From NCBI GenBank assembly GCA_963738405.1, contig CAVTWJ010000002.1, forward strand, positions 96,001-160,000: a DNA stretch of 64,000 bases, in the 5' to 3' direction. Position numbers and translations under genes: made by a program. Below the pieces are notes generated by a model. It was not told where the DNA came from. It saw only the letters and a program-made list of their open reading frames with translations, and searched no databases. The stretch comes from a candidate division FCPU426 bacterium (lineage in GTDB: Bacteria > Oederibacteriota > Muellerivitia > Muellerivitales > Muellerivitaceae). Each line of letters begins with the position of its first letter. Position 1 is the stretch's first letter. Below, piece after piece: positions 36,640-46,103 of the stretch.

Positions 36640-38522
36640 TCTTTTTCCCCCGATTCCTTATTCCCCAGGAATTGTTCCTTCATTTTTTCGCCCAGTTCCT
36701 TGCCCTTTTCAAAGGTTTGCTCAAATTTTTCTTTATATTCCTGAATTTCCATGCCCTGTTCAATGTATTCAGAAACCACATGTTCGCGCTGGGGATTCAC
36801 GACCGAACCAAGCATGGTTTTGCGCCAGGTCTTGACTGTTTTATCTTCCGCTTTGTCCGTCAGCCACTTCCAAGTCGGGGTCGAAACTTCCGTGGTCACG
36901 GTCTCAAATCCGGGCACTCCATCCTTCACTACCACTCCAACGGTGGTGACTTTGTCGGTGATGTCGTGGGTGGCGACCAGCTTGGCAAAGTCCACAACGA
37001 CCGCCCCACCTTCCTTGCTATACACGGATTTCCAGGCCGCCTTGAACTTATCCGGCTCCTCAAAGGTATCGTCCTCAAGCTTCGCGCCCAACAAGAAACT
37101 GTCTTTGATGAGATCGTTCGCGGGCATGAAATCCCAAAGCTTTTTGAGCACCACGGGAGGAACGCTGTTGGTGATCTGGTTGAGCGCGCTGGCCGAGGAG
37201 GAATCCAGGTCCTTCAGCCATTGCGGCCTTTGCTCGTAATATTTCTGTCGGTCATCCTCTTTTTTCATGGCCGCTATTTCTTGGGCGGAGAATTGAGGAG
37301 CGGGAACATCAATCGGGGCTGTGTAATGGGTGGAAACAGCGGGGGGTGTAAACAGAATCACACTGGGAAGCTGCCTTTGACCGGCGTCCCAGTCCAAGGG
37401 TACAGCGCTCGTATCCTGCGAAAAGGACTGAACCGTACCAACCGGCGGAGCTGTCTCATTTTTCCTTTCCTCATTTGGCACATTGGTATTCACGTTTGTG
37501 TTCTCGTTGGTATTGTTAGTGGTTTCGGGTTCTTCAATGGAAACGTTGTTATTATTGTTGAAGGGCGTCAACGGAACCTGAATGGGGCTTTCCGGGGCCC
37601 CTGGCAAGGAGACATCGTCGGGGGCGACTACAGCGTTTTGAGGGTTCACGTTATCCCAGTCGGCGTTTTCTCCCTGCGCCGCTAGGGTTTTTAATTGGTC
37701 AAAAGCACTGGTCGGCTTTTGATTGTTGTCCGTGGAAGGCCCAGGCCAGCCTTCATACCCGTCCCCACTGGTCCCGCCTGCCATGAAGAAGGGGGTCTTG
37801 CCTCCCCCCGGGGGAAAGAGGTTGGCTTTGGATTTTCCAAACCTTTTTTCCATCTCCTCCGCAAGGTATCCCTTGTAGGCCACCGCCACGTATTGAATAA
37901 CCGTTGGTTTGAGTCCTTGGATCAGGTTGTAGCTCGCGCCAATGACGAACACCGATGCCACAACCAGTTTTCGCAGTGCTTCCCTGGCTTTCCCGGAGAC
38001 CGGATCGCCCAGTTCATAATTAAGAGTGTCGGCGACCGGCTTGCCCTTGACGGCGCCCGTCCGCACTTCACATTCGATGTTTTCGTCCGCGTCCATAGCC
38101 AACATTAAGCGCTTTTGGTCCTTGTCCCTTAACCGAAGGGAGCCGTTAGTGGGAAGAAGTTTCTTACCACGGCCTTCCTTGCCGCCCTGGATGAGAGTGT
38201 GGAAACGGCCGTTTGCGTCCGCCAAAGCGGCATCGCCGCCAGCGGGTTGAAGCACCAAAACGTTATGAGGGCCAAATTGTTTTTTCGGAAGAGCTGTGCC
38301 AAAACCAGAAGGGAGAATCCCCAAGACGCGGTACAAGCCAAGAGGGGTGTCGCCGAAAGGAAGAAGGGTGTTGCGGGAAGGATTGCCGTGGCGCTCGGCG
38401 GCTTTGGAATCGGCGCGACCGCAAACGGGAAAGGGGCCAGCCAATAGTTCGCCGTCTTCCTCAAGATGGACCGTTCCCTCCAAATCGCGGTTCGGAGGCA
38501 GGGTCACGATTAGTTTGCGCAT
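36636..38522 (-). CDS. Protein with N-terminal L,D-transpeptidase/Tlde1-like domain lacking catalytic His/Cys, hydrophobic segment and low-complexity C-terminal region
   Basis: GDTPLGLYRV and IQGG...PTNGSLRL compared with HGG...T/S-x-GC-I-R; ATG 38522 has an AGGA SD. Confidence 0.6.
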   Translation of the reverse strand: MRKLIVTLPPNRDLEGTVHLEEDGELLAGPFPVCGRADSKAAERHGNPSRNTLLPFGDTPLGLYRVLGILPSGFGTALPKKQFGPHNVLVLQPAGGDAALADANGRFHTLIQGGKEGRGKKLLPTNGSLRLRDKDQKRLMLAMDADENIECEVRTGAVKGKPVADTLNYELGDPVSGKAREALRKLVVASVFVIGASYNLIQGLKPTVIQYVAVAYKGYLAEEMEKRFGKSKANLFPPGGGKTPFFMAGGTSGDGYEGWPGPSTDNNQKPTSAFDQLKTLAAQGENADWDNVNPQNAVVAPDDVSLPGAPESPIQVPLTPFNNNNNVSIEEPETTNNTNENTNVNTNVPNEERKNETAPPVGTVQSFSQDTSAVPLDWDAGQRQLPSVILFTPPAVSTHYTAPIDVPAPQFSAQEIAAMKKEDDRQKYYEQRPQWLKDLDSSSASALNQITNSVPPVVLKKLWDFMPANDLIKDSFLLGAKLEDDTFEEPDKFKAAWKSVYSKEGGAVVVDFAKLVATHDITDKVTTVGVVVKDGVPGFETVTTEVSTPTWKWLTDKAEDKTVKTWRKTMLGSVVNPQREHVVSEYIEQGMEIQEYKEKFEQTFEKGKELGEKMKEQFLGNKESGEKE

Positions 38523-38568
38523 ACGATTTCCTAAAGAGAAATGGGGCCCTGCGGTACCGCTGACTTTG

Positions 38569-41500
38569 TCAAGAATATCCCTTTTTACCTGCCATGACAC
38601 TTCTTTTTTGGGGTTTTAATACCTCCAAATAGCGCCTCAACATTAGATCCATCGTAAATTTTTCGTTAACGATTTTCCGGCTGGCCTTCCCAAAACGCTC
38701 CAGTTTCGCCGGATTGGACAACAGCATTCGAACCGCATGGGCCATTTCCTTGGGATCGGCATCGGAAACCAAAAAGCCGTTCACGCCCGGCTCCACCTGT
38801 TCCTTGGTGCCTCCGAGGCCGGAGGCGACGATAGGCAGGCCCACACTCATAGCCTCCAGGGAGGCGTTGGGAGAGCCGTGGTCCGTGCCCAGCAGGAGGA
38901 AAACCTTGAATTTCCGCAGGTATGGCACCACATCCGTTTGGTGTCCCGCGAAATGAATATTGGCGACCCCCAATTCCTGGATACGCTTGTTGATGAATTT
39001 CCAATATTCCTCGTACTTGGGGTTGCCCGCGCCCACCACGACCAGCTTCACGCCCGGCAGGCGGCGGTTCAATTCGGAAAGCATCTCCACCAAAAACTCG
39101 ATGCGCTTGCTTGGCAATATACGGCAGCAGGTTCCGATCACGAGTTCCGATTCCCCCGCCCAATCGATTTGTGGATCATTCTTCCCCGGGGCCGCGGCCG
39201 AAAGGTCCGGCACCCCGTTGGGAATCACCGAAAGTTTTTCGGCTCCCAGTTTAATTCCTGGCGGATGACCGCCCTGGTATTTGGAAACGAAATGGTCCAG
39301 GCGTCGGAAGTAATCCTTGCCCGTAAAGGCGATGCGCTGTTGAAAGCCCGAGGCGTTGTCGATATCGGTAAAAAGCCATGGGCCGGGACTCACATCCATC
39401 ACCCTGATTGAACCCTTCGGCAAAATCTTGGCCAGCATCAGCTTCACCTTGGCTTCCACGTTCCAAAACACGATGGTTCCCGCGCCCAAGTGCCGGATCA
39501 TGCTCAGGATCTGCTCCACGCGGGTCAAGTAGGTCCGGGCCGAGCGCATGCAAAAAACGGGCACGCCCGCCGATTCCAGCTCATTGAGGAAAGCGGAATG
39601 GTTGATGGATTGGATTACTCCCAGCCAGGTTTGGCCGTCCTTGGGCATTCGGCACAAGAGATTCACCAAAGATCTGGGCGACCCCCCCAAGTTCAGATTG
39701 TCAGTTAAAAAGAAGACCCTAGCGGGGTCCGTTTTCCCCTCATAGAAGGCGGGCACGCCATATTGGCCCATATAGCACCAGAGCCGGGGAACCAGGTCGG
39801 CGTCCGGGGGCTGAAGAGGCACCAACCTTTCCGCCTTGGATAAAACCTGAGCGATGCCCCGCACATAAGCCCCGACATCGGAAGAATCCGTCACCAGCAC
39901 CGAATCGGGCGGCAGGCATTCACGGTTCCCGCCCGCGTCGGCCGAAACGATGGGGCATCCCGCGTGTATGGCCTCCAGCGTGGCTACGCTCAAACCCTCA
40001 TAAAGGCTGGTGTTTAAAAAGACGTCAAAAGCGGCGTAGTAGGGGCTCACGTCCTTCATAGGCCCCGGCGTCAAAAGGTCCGCCATTACCCCTAGTTCCA
40101 GGGCCTGGCGGCAGGTGGCCTCATAAGTCACCCGGCCGTTGCCCCATTGGTGGTCCCATCCGCCCAGGATCATCAGCTTGGCGGCTCGGTGGCGCCTCAC
40201 CTCGGCCAAAACCCGCACCGCCCGGGCGTAAGCCTTTTGGGTTTTAAATTCCCCCACCATTCCAATCAACAGGGTGTTATCAGGAATCGAATGCAGTTCC
40301 CTCATCTTTTGGCGCTGGGCCTGTAACTCCTCGGGGGTAAACCAGCGCTGAAGCTCGTGCCGGACCGCCACCACCGGCTTAGGGCAACGGGCGGACCGCA
40401 ATTGTTCCGCCACGTCCTCGGATACCGCCGCCACATAAGGCACATGGGGGTCGTTGAATTCCCTCGGGTCGTTCTGCCAGGAAGGGCGTGAATTCTGGAT
40501 GACCGGGATGGTATGGACCCCATATTTCCATAGGGCCCTTAAGTAGGGCATATGGATCATGTGGGTAAAGACCACCGGGTTGGGGGAAGCGAGAATCTCA
40601 AAAGCCGCCATGCGCATCTTGGTGGCCGCGTCAAGGGAGTGAAGCCGGTAAACCTTCCTCCCGGGCTCGCCCTTGTATTCGTAGCAAGGCTTGTGCTCCG
40701 CGAGCAGGAACAATTTGGAAGTCGCCCCGGCTTTCACCAGCCCCTGCAGGGTCTCAAGAACGCTACGCTCAGCGCCTCCCCGGGCCAAGGAAGGAAGCAT
40801 GATATTGATATGGTGGGAATGGGTTATTTCGGGGGTTACCGGCTGGCGCACCTCGCCGCTCAGGGATTGGACCGGCATGGGAGGCATTTCAAAAATCGGA
40901 GCGGGAAGCGGCGGATTATTTTCATCTTCCGGGCCGGCCGGATCTTCCGTCAGACCATATTCGGCGTAAAGACGGCCCAGGGTCGACTCGGCGGGCACCG
41001 AATCTTTGTTAGGAGGTTCCTCCACACATTGCACGCCCCGGTATTTTCCCCCATCCAACTGCAGGGTGCGCCACATCTCGTTGATCCAATGGATACCGTG
41101 CCACTCTTCAGGGATCGGCTCTTCCCTTTCAATGAAGGGCAGGATGATCTTTTCCCAGCGGTCCTCGTTGCAAATACCCTTCAGAATGAAACGCTCCAGC
41201 TTCAGTTTTTTCACGTTTCTTGAAAGCACCCGATTGGGCATCAGCCAGGGGCTTTTCTCGTCGGCTTCCTTCTCGACCTGATCGTAGGTCATCTTCATCA
41301 AGGGGCTTCCCGCGGGGCATTTCATGATGTTGCCCACCACCCCCACCCGGTGGGGCCGAAAAAGGTACTCGCCCTTGAAATTCAAGGGCTTCAGGCAGGT
41401 CACATCCATATCCACCCAGGTCCCGCCCTTCATATAAAGGAGCTTGTAGCGGAAAAGATCCGAAAAGGGCGCGCCGACGCTTCCCTTTCCCACCCCGGTC

Positions 41501-42675
41501 TCGGGGTCGATGTCTTTTTTTCTGAAAATCTTCTCTCGGGGAATAATTTCTGACGCGTCCTCCAAGATCACTTCCTTGGGCAGGGGGGTTTCCAAATCGT
41601 CATAGAGCCAAAGGTGAAACTCATGGCCGTGGCGGATAAAGGAACGGACGGTGAGCTGTTCCAATTTGGAGAGGGTCTTTCCGATCCAAAGCCCGTGAAC
41701 GACGCGGTTGTTCGGGCTCAAACGGCCCTTTCGCAGGGATTCCTTCCCGCTCGCCTCGTCCCCGCCCTCCTCGGCAAGGAGGGCCTCCGCCTCATCCCAA
41801 TTTCTCCAGCCTCTCTTCTTCACCCCGCCATTGATGAAATGGATGAAATTCGGGGAGGGCTTCGTTCGATGGGGCCGCAGGCTGTAGGTCTCGTTGAAGG
41901 GAATATTCTTGCCCTGAAGGGATTGGCGGTTCTTGAGGGGCGTCCCCTCATAGCAATCCACGATGAAGTTGTAATCCCGCGGAAGGGTCGGGGTCTTTTG
42001 AAGGCCCAATTTCCAAGCGGCCGCTACCAGGGTGCCCTGGTCACGGGTCTTCCAGTAGGGGTCGTCAAAAATGTTCCGGCTGTAGCGGTTCCAGAGGTCA
42101 AAAAAAGGTTTGGATTCCGGCTTAAACACAAAAACCCCGCCGTTCCAATGGGCCCAGCCCGGGTCCTTGACGGTCACCTTGAATTTTTTTTGGATCGCCT
42201 CAACCAGGTGATTGCATTGGGACTCGGCGCAGCCGCAGTCCACCGCGTAACGGCTAAAGGTGGGAAGCTGGTAGTGGTCGGGTGCGAAGGCAAAGGGGCC
42301 CTTCACGCGGGAGAAAATCGAATCGATGTCCTTATTCACCGCGATCACGTCATTATCCAGGTAACAGCCGGTGAGGTTCGGGCCATTGAGATAGTGGTGG
42401 ATGCCGGTTTTAATCATGATGGCCATCTGATGGTCATCAAAACCCTCAATGCGGGCGACATGCACCAATTGGTCGTGGTTCACGGGCGCGCTGATCCCGC
42501 ATCCCAGGATCACAATGTCCTTGCGCGTGTATTTTTTAAGAAATTCCAGCGAGGTGTTGACGCGGTCGGCGTGCTCATTGCCGCAGACCACATAAACATA
42601 GCTTTGGCGCGAAGGCTTGCGGCTTTTAGCACGGGAGGAAACGGTTTTAGGAGTCGGTTTTGACGGTATTCCCAT
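38569..42675 (-). CDS. Four-domain glycosyltransferase (GT8-like, GT32-like, two GT4)
   Basis: YLDND/NGGVFVF/DQGTL; HGLWIG/SDLFRYKLLY..GG.WVDMD; GGAERS/EGLSVATLEA; GGSPRS/PNASLEAM; start ATG 42675. Confidence 0.85.
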   Translation of the reverse strand: MGIPSKPTPKTVSSRAKSRKPSRQSYVYVVCGNEHADRVNTSLEFLKKYTRKDIVILGCGISAPVNHDQLVHVARIEGFDDHQMAIMIKTGIHHYLNGPNLTGCYLDNDVIAVNKDIDSIFSRVKGPFAFAPDHYQLPTFSRYAVDCGCAESQCNHLVEAIQKKFKVTVKDPGWAHWNGGVFVFKPESKPFFDLWNRYSRNIFDDPYWKTRDQGTLVAAAWKLGLQKTPTLPRDYNFIVDCYEGTPLKNRQSLQGKNIPFNETYSLRPHRTKPSPNFIHFINGGVKKRGWRNWDEAEALLAEEGGDEASGKESLRKGRLSPNNRVVHGLWIGKTLSKLEQLTVRSFIRHGHEFHLWLYDDLETPLPKEVILEDASEIIPREKIFRKKDIDPETGVGKGSVGAPFSDLFRYKLLYMKGGTWVDMDVTCLKPLNFKGEYLFRPHRVGVVGNIMKCPAGSPLMKMTYDQVEKEADEKSPWLMPNRVLSRNVKKLKLERFILKGICNEDRWEKIILPFIEREEPIPEEWHGIHWINEMWRTLQLDGGKYRGVQCVEEPPNKDSVPAESTLGRLYAEYGLTEDPAGPEDENNPPLPAPIFEMPPMPVQSLSGEVRQPVTPEITHSHHINIMLPSLARGGAERSVLETLQGLVKAGATSKLFLLAEHKPCYEYKGEPGRKVYRLHSLDAATKMRMAAFEILASPNPVVFTHMIHMPYLRALWKYGVHTIPVIQNSRPSWQNDPREFNDPHVPYVAAVSEDVAEQLRSARCPKPVVAVRHELQRWFTPEELQAQRQKMRELHSIPDNTLLIGMVGEFKTQKAYARAVRVLAEVRRHRAAKLMILGGWDHQWGNGRVTYEATCRQALELGVMADLLTPGPMKDVSPYYAAFDVFLNTSLYEGLSVATLEAIHAGCPIVSADAGGNRECLPPDSVLVTDSSDVGAYVRGIAQVLSKAERLVPLQPPDADLVPRLWCYMGQYGVPAFYEGKTDPARVFFLTDNLNLGGSPRSLVNLLCRMPKDGQTWLGVIQSINHSAFLNELESAGVPVFCMRSARTYLTRVEQILSMIRHLGAGTIVFWNVEAKVKLMLAKILPKGSIRVMDVSPGPWLFTDIDNASGFQQRIAFTGKDYFRRLDHFVSKYQGGHPPGIKLGAEKLSVIPNGVPDLSAAAPGKNDPQIDWAGESELVIGTCCRILPSKRIEFLVEMLSELNRRLPGVKLVVVGAGNPKYEEYWKFINKRIQELGVANIHFAGHQTDVVPYLRKFKVFLLLGTDHGSPNASLEAMSVGLPIVASGLGGTKEQVEPGVNGFLVSDADPKEMAHAVRMLLSNPAKLERFGKASRKIVNEKFTMDLMLRRYLEVLKPQKRSVMAGKKGYS

Positions 42676-42879
42676 TCCACCCTGTCTTTCAAGTTCAATG
42701 GCCCCTGGCCTGCTTCGGGAGGCGCCTAGTATAAGTGAGCGATTATTGGGGGAAGAAGGATAAATATCGGCCAGACCCCTCACGAAGCCCTAAAGAACAA
42801 GGTTTTTTTATGGGCCCCGATTCATTAAACTCGGTTGGCGACATCCCTATTTCCATGAATCCAAAAAGGAATCCCCAAC

Positions 42880-45039
42880 TTGTCCCTCTCGGTTTTCAGC
42901 TACAAGCCCCCCCACGACGGGGCTATTGTGTATCTACAAGATGGAAAACTGGTCTTTTCCATCGAGGGCGAAAAGGACAACCACAAGCGCTATTCGGGCT
43001 TTGATTCCTTTTACCGCGCCATCAAGACCGCCGACCGCTATGACGTCAGGCCTGATGTCATCGCCTGGGGCGGCGGCTCCTCACCCCGCGACCCCGGGGA
43101 CCTCTACCATGGCACCTCCAACGACATCATCGTGACCGAGAAAATCGACCTCTTCGGCCATAGCGTCTCCCTCTTTCGTTCAAGCCACGAGCGGGCCCAT
43201 ATCTTCTGTTCTTATGGCCTTTCACCCTTTCCCCAGGGCCAGCCGGTTTACGCCCTGGTTTGGGAAGGCGGCATCGGTTCTTTCTACGAAATCGACGAAA
43301 AAATGAACATCCATAAGTTCGAGACCGTGTTGTCCGAACCGGGCCAACGTTACGCCCTTCCCTACACCCTGGCCAATCCCCGCTATTCCAAAACCAACCC
43401 CGCCTGGTTCAGGACCGGATCGGACGCCGGAAAAACCATGGCTCTTGCCGCCTATGGCGAGGTACTCCCTAAGGAAAAGCGGCGGGATTGGACAAAAGAA
43501 GTGGACGTCTTCATGAAATACAAGATGTCCTTCGAGGCCCCCGACCCCTTCCAACCCCAAAAACAAAAGAACGTGGAAGAACTGTTGGAGCAGGTGCAGA
43601 AAATCGGGCTTGTGGATATCGGGGTGGAAACGGACGATTTTAAGGATTTCACCTATGCCCTGAGCAACCAAATATTCGATGTCTTTTACAAGTTCGCCAG
43701 GGCCAACCTCACCAAGGGCTATCCCTTGATTATCAGCGGCGGCTGCGGTCTGAACTGTGATTGGAATACCCATTGGAAAGATAGCGGGATTTTCGCCGAC
43801 ATCTTCATTCCCCCTAACACCAACGACAGCGGGATCGCCCTCGGCATGGCCATCGACGCGCAAAGGCATTTCGTCGGGAACGCCAAGCTCGATTGGACAG
43901 TCTATAGCGGGGAAACCTTTATCGAGGACGCCTTCGAAACCCCCGGCTTTGACCAGCACGAGTTCAGCTTCGACCAGGTGGCCTCTCTTTTGGAGCAGGG
44001 CAAGGTCTTGGGCTGGGTGGAAGGAAAATACGAAATCGGACCCCGAGCCCTCTGTCACCGCTCGCTCCTGGCCGCGCCCTTCAAGGCGGAAATGACCGAG
44101 CGTTTGAACAAGATCAAAAAACGCGAGAATTTTCGGCCCATCGCGCCCGTTTGCCTGGAAGAGGAGGTTTCGGAGCATTTCGATTGGCGCGGGCCCAGCC
44201 CCTTCATGCTGTTCTTCCAAAAGGTCAAGTCGCCCCGGCTTCAGGCGGTCACTCACATCAACGGCACCGCGCGGGTACAGACCGTGAACGAAAAAACCAA
44301 CCCCCGCATGACGGAACTGCTCCGGGCCTTCAAGAAAAAAACGGGCTTCGGGGTCCTGTGCAACACTTCCCTTAATTTTCCCGGCATGGGCTTCATCAAC
44401 CGAATATCCGATTTGGTCCGCTACGCCCAAATATCAGGTTTGGACGGCTTTGTGGTAGAGGACCGGCTCTATCTGAAAAGGGTTCCAGTCCTGGAACAGT
44501 CGGAGGTCAAGGCCGCGCCCCAGCCCATCCGACCCTATCTGGATTTGACCCGTGAAATCACGGTTTTCCAGCTCAAAAATAAAATCGAGACCCACATCAC
44601 GCCACAAGCCGTCACCCTCCATTTTGACGCCAAGACGGACATCTGTATCTTCAGCTGCCCCTCGAATGTCTTTCCCTTCGCCGCGCCCGGCGTGGTGGAT
44701 TTAAGCAGCTATCATTTTTTCCGGTTCCAGGCCCTAATCCCCAAGGACCTTCAATTTTTCGTGACCCTCACCGAATCCGGGGCCAACGCCCCCGAAAGCA
44801 CGAATTTTCCGGGGGTGAATGGGGCCGATGGGGAGCGCTACGGCTTTCCCTTGATGCAGGGCGCGGGCGTGTGGCAAAGCTACCAGATCGACCTAGCCGC
44901 CAGGGAAAAATGGAAATATTGGGGTAACCAGCACGGGAACAATGTTTTGGACCTGCAGGGCCTTCGGTCGGTCGATTTTTTCGTCAAGGGAAACCAACAA
45001 GGCGAGATCCAGTTAAAAGACTTAGAATTTCTTATTTAA
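42880..45039 (+). CDS. NodU/CmcH-family O-carbamoyltransferase with C-terminal CBM11-like domain
   Basis: HDGA, HERAH, GKTMALAAYG, SGGCGLNC, NDSGIALG, EIGPRALCHRS, KKRENFRPIAP, CNTSLN; tail 'DLSSYHFFRF...WQSYQIDL...LKDLEF'. Confidence 0.88.
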   Translation: MSLSVFSYKPPHDGAIVYLQDGKLVFSIEGEKDNHKRYSGFDSFYRAIKTADRYDVRPDVIAWGGGSSPRDPGDLYHGTSNDIIVTEKIDLFGHSVSLFRSSHERAHIFCSYGLSPFPQGQPVYALVWEGGIGSFYEIDEKMNIHKFETVLSEPGQRYALPYTLANPRYSKTNPAWFRTGSDAGKTMALAAYGEVLPKEKRRDWTKEVDVFMKYKMSFEAPDPFQPQKQKNVEELLEQVQKIGLVDIGVETDDFKDFTYALSNQIFDVFYKFARANLTKGYPLIISGGCGLNCDWNTHWKDSGIFADIFIPPNTNDSGIALGMAIDAQRHFVGNAKLDWTVYSGETFIEDAFETPGFDQHEFSFDQVASLLEQGKVLGWVEGKYEIGPRALCHRSLLAAPFKAEMTERLNKIKKRENFRPIAPVCLEEEVSEHFDWRGPSPFMLFFQKVKSPRLQAVTHINGTARVQTVNEKTNPRMTELLRAFKKKTGFGVLCNTSLNFPGMGFINRISDLVRYAQISGLDGFVVEDRLYLKRVPVLEQSEVKAAPQPIRPYLDLTREITVFQLKNKIETHITPQAVTLHFDAKTDICIFSCPSNVFPFAAPGVVDLSSYHFFRFQALIPKDLQFFVTLTESGANAPESTNFPGVNGADGERYGFPLMQGAGVWQSYQIDLAAREKWKYWGNQHGNNVLDLQGLRSVDFFVKGNQQGEIQLKDLEFLI

Positions 45040-45073
45040 TCAAGCCTCAAACCCGTTTAGATTTTTGGGAATG

Positions 45074-45709
45074 TCATTTGGAATCGGGATTGTATTTCGT
45101 CTTGTAGCCAGGATTGACATCGGGCCTCATGGCGTTAGGATAGTTTTCATCGGTGCGTATATCCACCGAGATCTCCTTGATCTTCTTAAAGACCTCATAG
45201 GGCTGGGGGATGGCCCTGAAATAGCTGACCACGGCGGTACCCCGGTTGGTCATCACCCCGGTGTTGAATCGAATGCTCCCCACCCCGAAATGTTTCTCGA
45301 TAGGCCCCACCGAAACCTCCAGGTTGGTAATCTTAGGATAATCGAAGGTTTTGATGTCGGTACCAATGGCGCCAGTTTTGATCATCAGTCTGCGGTTGGA
45401 ATAAGCGTAAAAGGTTTTGGTGTGGGCCATCCAAAGCCAGCCCATGTAGAGCCAGCTGCCCCAGCAGGGGAAGGAGTGGAGGGCGAGAAAGGGGATCACG
45501 AACCAGCCGACTTCACTCTTGCTGCTCATGGAGGCAACAAGAAAAAACAAATCAAAACAACCCCAAAACAAGCCAAGGATCAAAAAGGGTATGCCGCTGA
45601 GCATGAAACAAACGGCGTTTGGCTTCCCAACCCAATAGAGGGTTTCGTTCTTGTCCCGAACCGACTCAAAAATTTCAGGCGCATAGTCGCCGCTTAGAAC
45701 ACCAGGCAT
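45074..45709 (-). CDS. Membrane protein with bacterial PH domain
   Basis: E-x-L-x-W-x-GKP, two TM helices, YAYSNRRL, GPIEKHFGVGSI; SD gaggt before ATG 45709. Confidence 0.75.
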   Translation of the reverse strand: MPGVLSGDYAPEIFESVRDKNETLYWVGKPNAVCFMLSGIPFLILGLFWGCFDLFFLVASMSSKSEVGWFVIPFLALHSFPCWGSWLYMGWLWMAHTKTFYAYSNRRLMIKTGAIGTDIKTFDYPKITNLEVSVGPIEKHFGVGSIRFNTGVMTNRGTAVVSYFRAIPQPYEVFKKIKEISVDIRTDENYPNAMRPDVNPGYKTKYNPDSK

Positions 45710-45717
45710 AGACACCT

Positions 45718-46038
45718 CTAGGGGTTTCGAGTTCCCGCAGCGGACCTTCCATTGTCTTGCGGCGGGGTAACCGCCGGAGCGGCATGGCGCTTGTGATGAT
45801 GGGTCGACTTGGGGCAAGGCACGGGGGTGCCCTGAGGGTTGTAGCAAATCTGGGGCTGGCCGGAGGTGCCGCCGCCTGTCTGAAAAAAGTCCACATGGCC
45901 ATAGGCGGTCGTGGTGGTTGCAGCCGGTGTTGGAGAAACGAAGGGGGTCGGCGTAAGGTCATCCGCACTTGATATCATAGAAACCATCCCTACACTAAGG
46001 CTCAAACAACCCATCACGGCCAATGAACGAATTTTCAT
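45718..46038 (-). CDS. Small secreted Pro/Thr-rich protein
   Basis: MKIRSLAVMGCLSL signal; SD agggag; C-terminal part of the 273-aa track ORF. Confidence 0.65.
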   Translation of the reverse strand: MKIRSLAVMGCLSLSVGMVSMISSADDLTPTPFVSPTPAATTTTAYGHVDFFQTGGGTSGQPQICYNPQGTPVPCPKSTHHHKRHAAPAVTPPQDNGRSAAGTRNP

Positions 46039-46103
46039 GGTTGGCTCCCTTTCAACTGAACGATGAACCATTTTATCACTTCCTAGAAGGAAAAATGGTT
46101 GAA

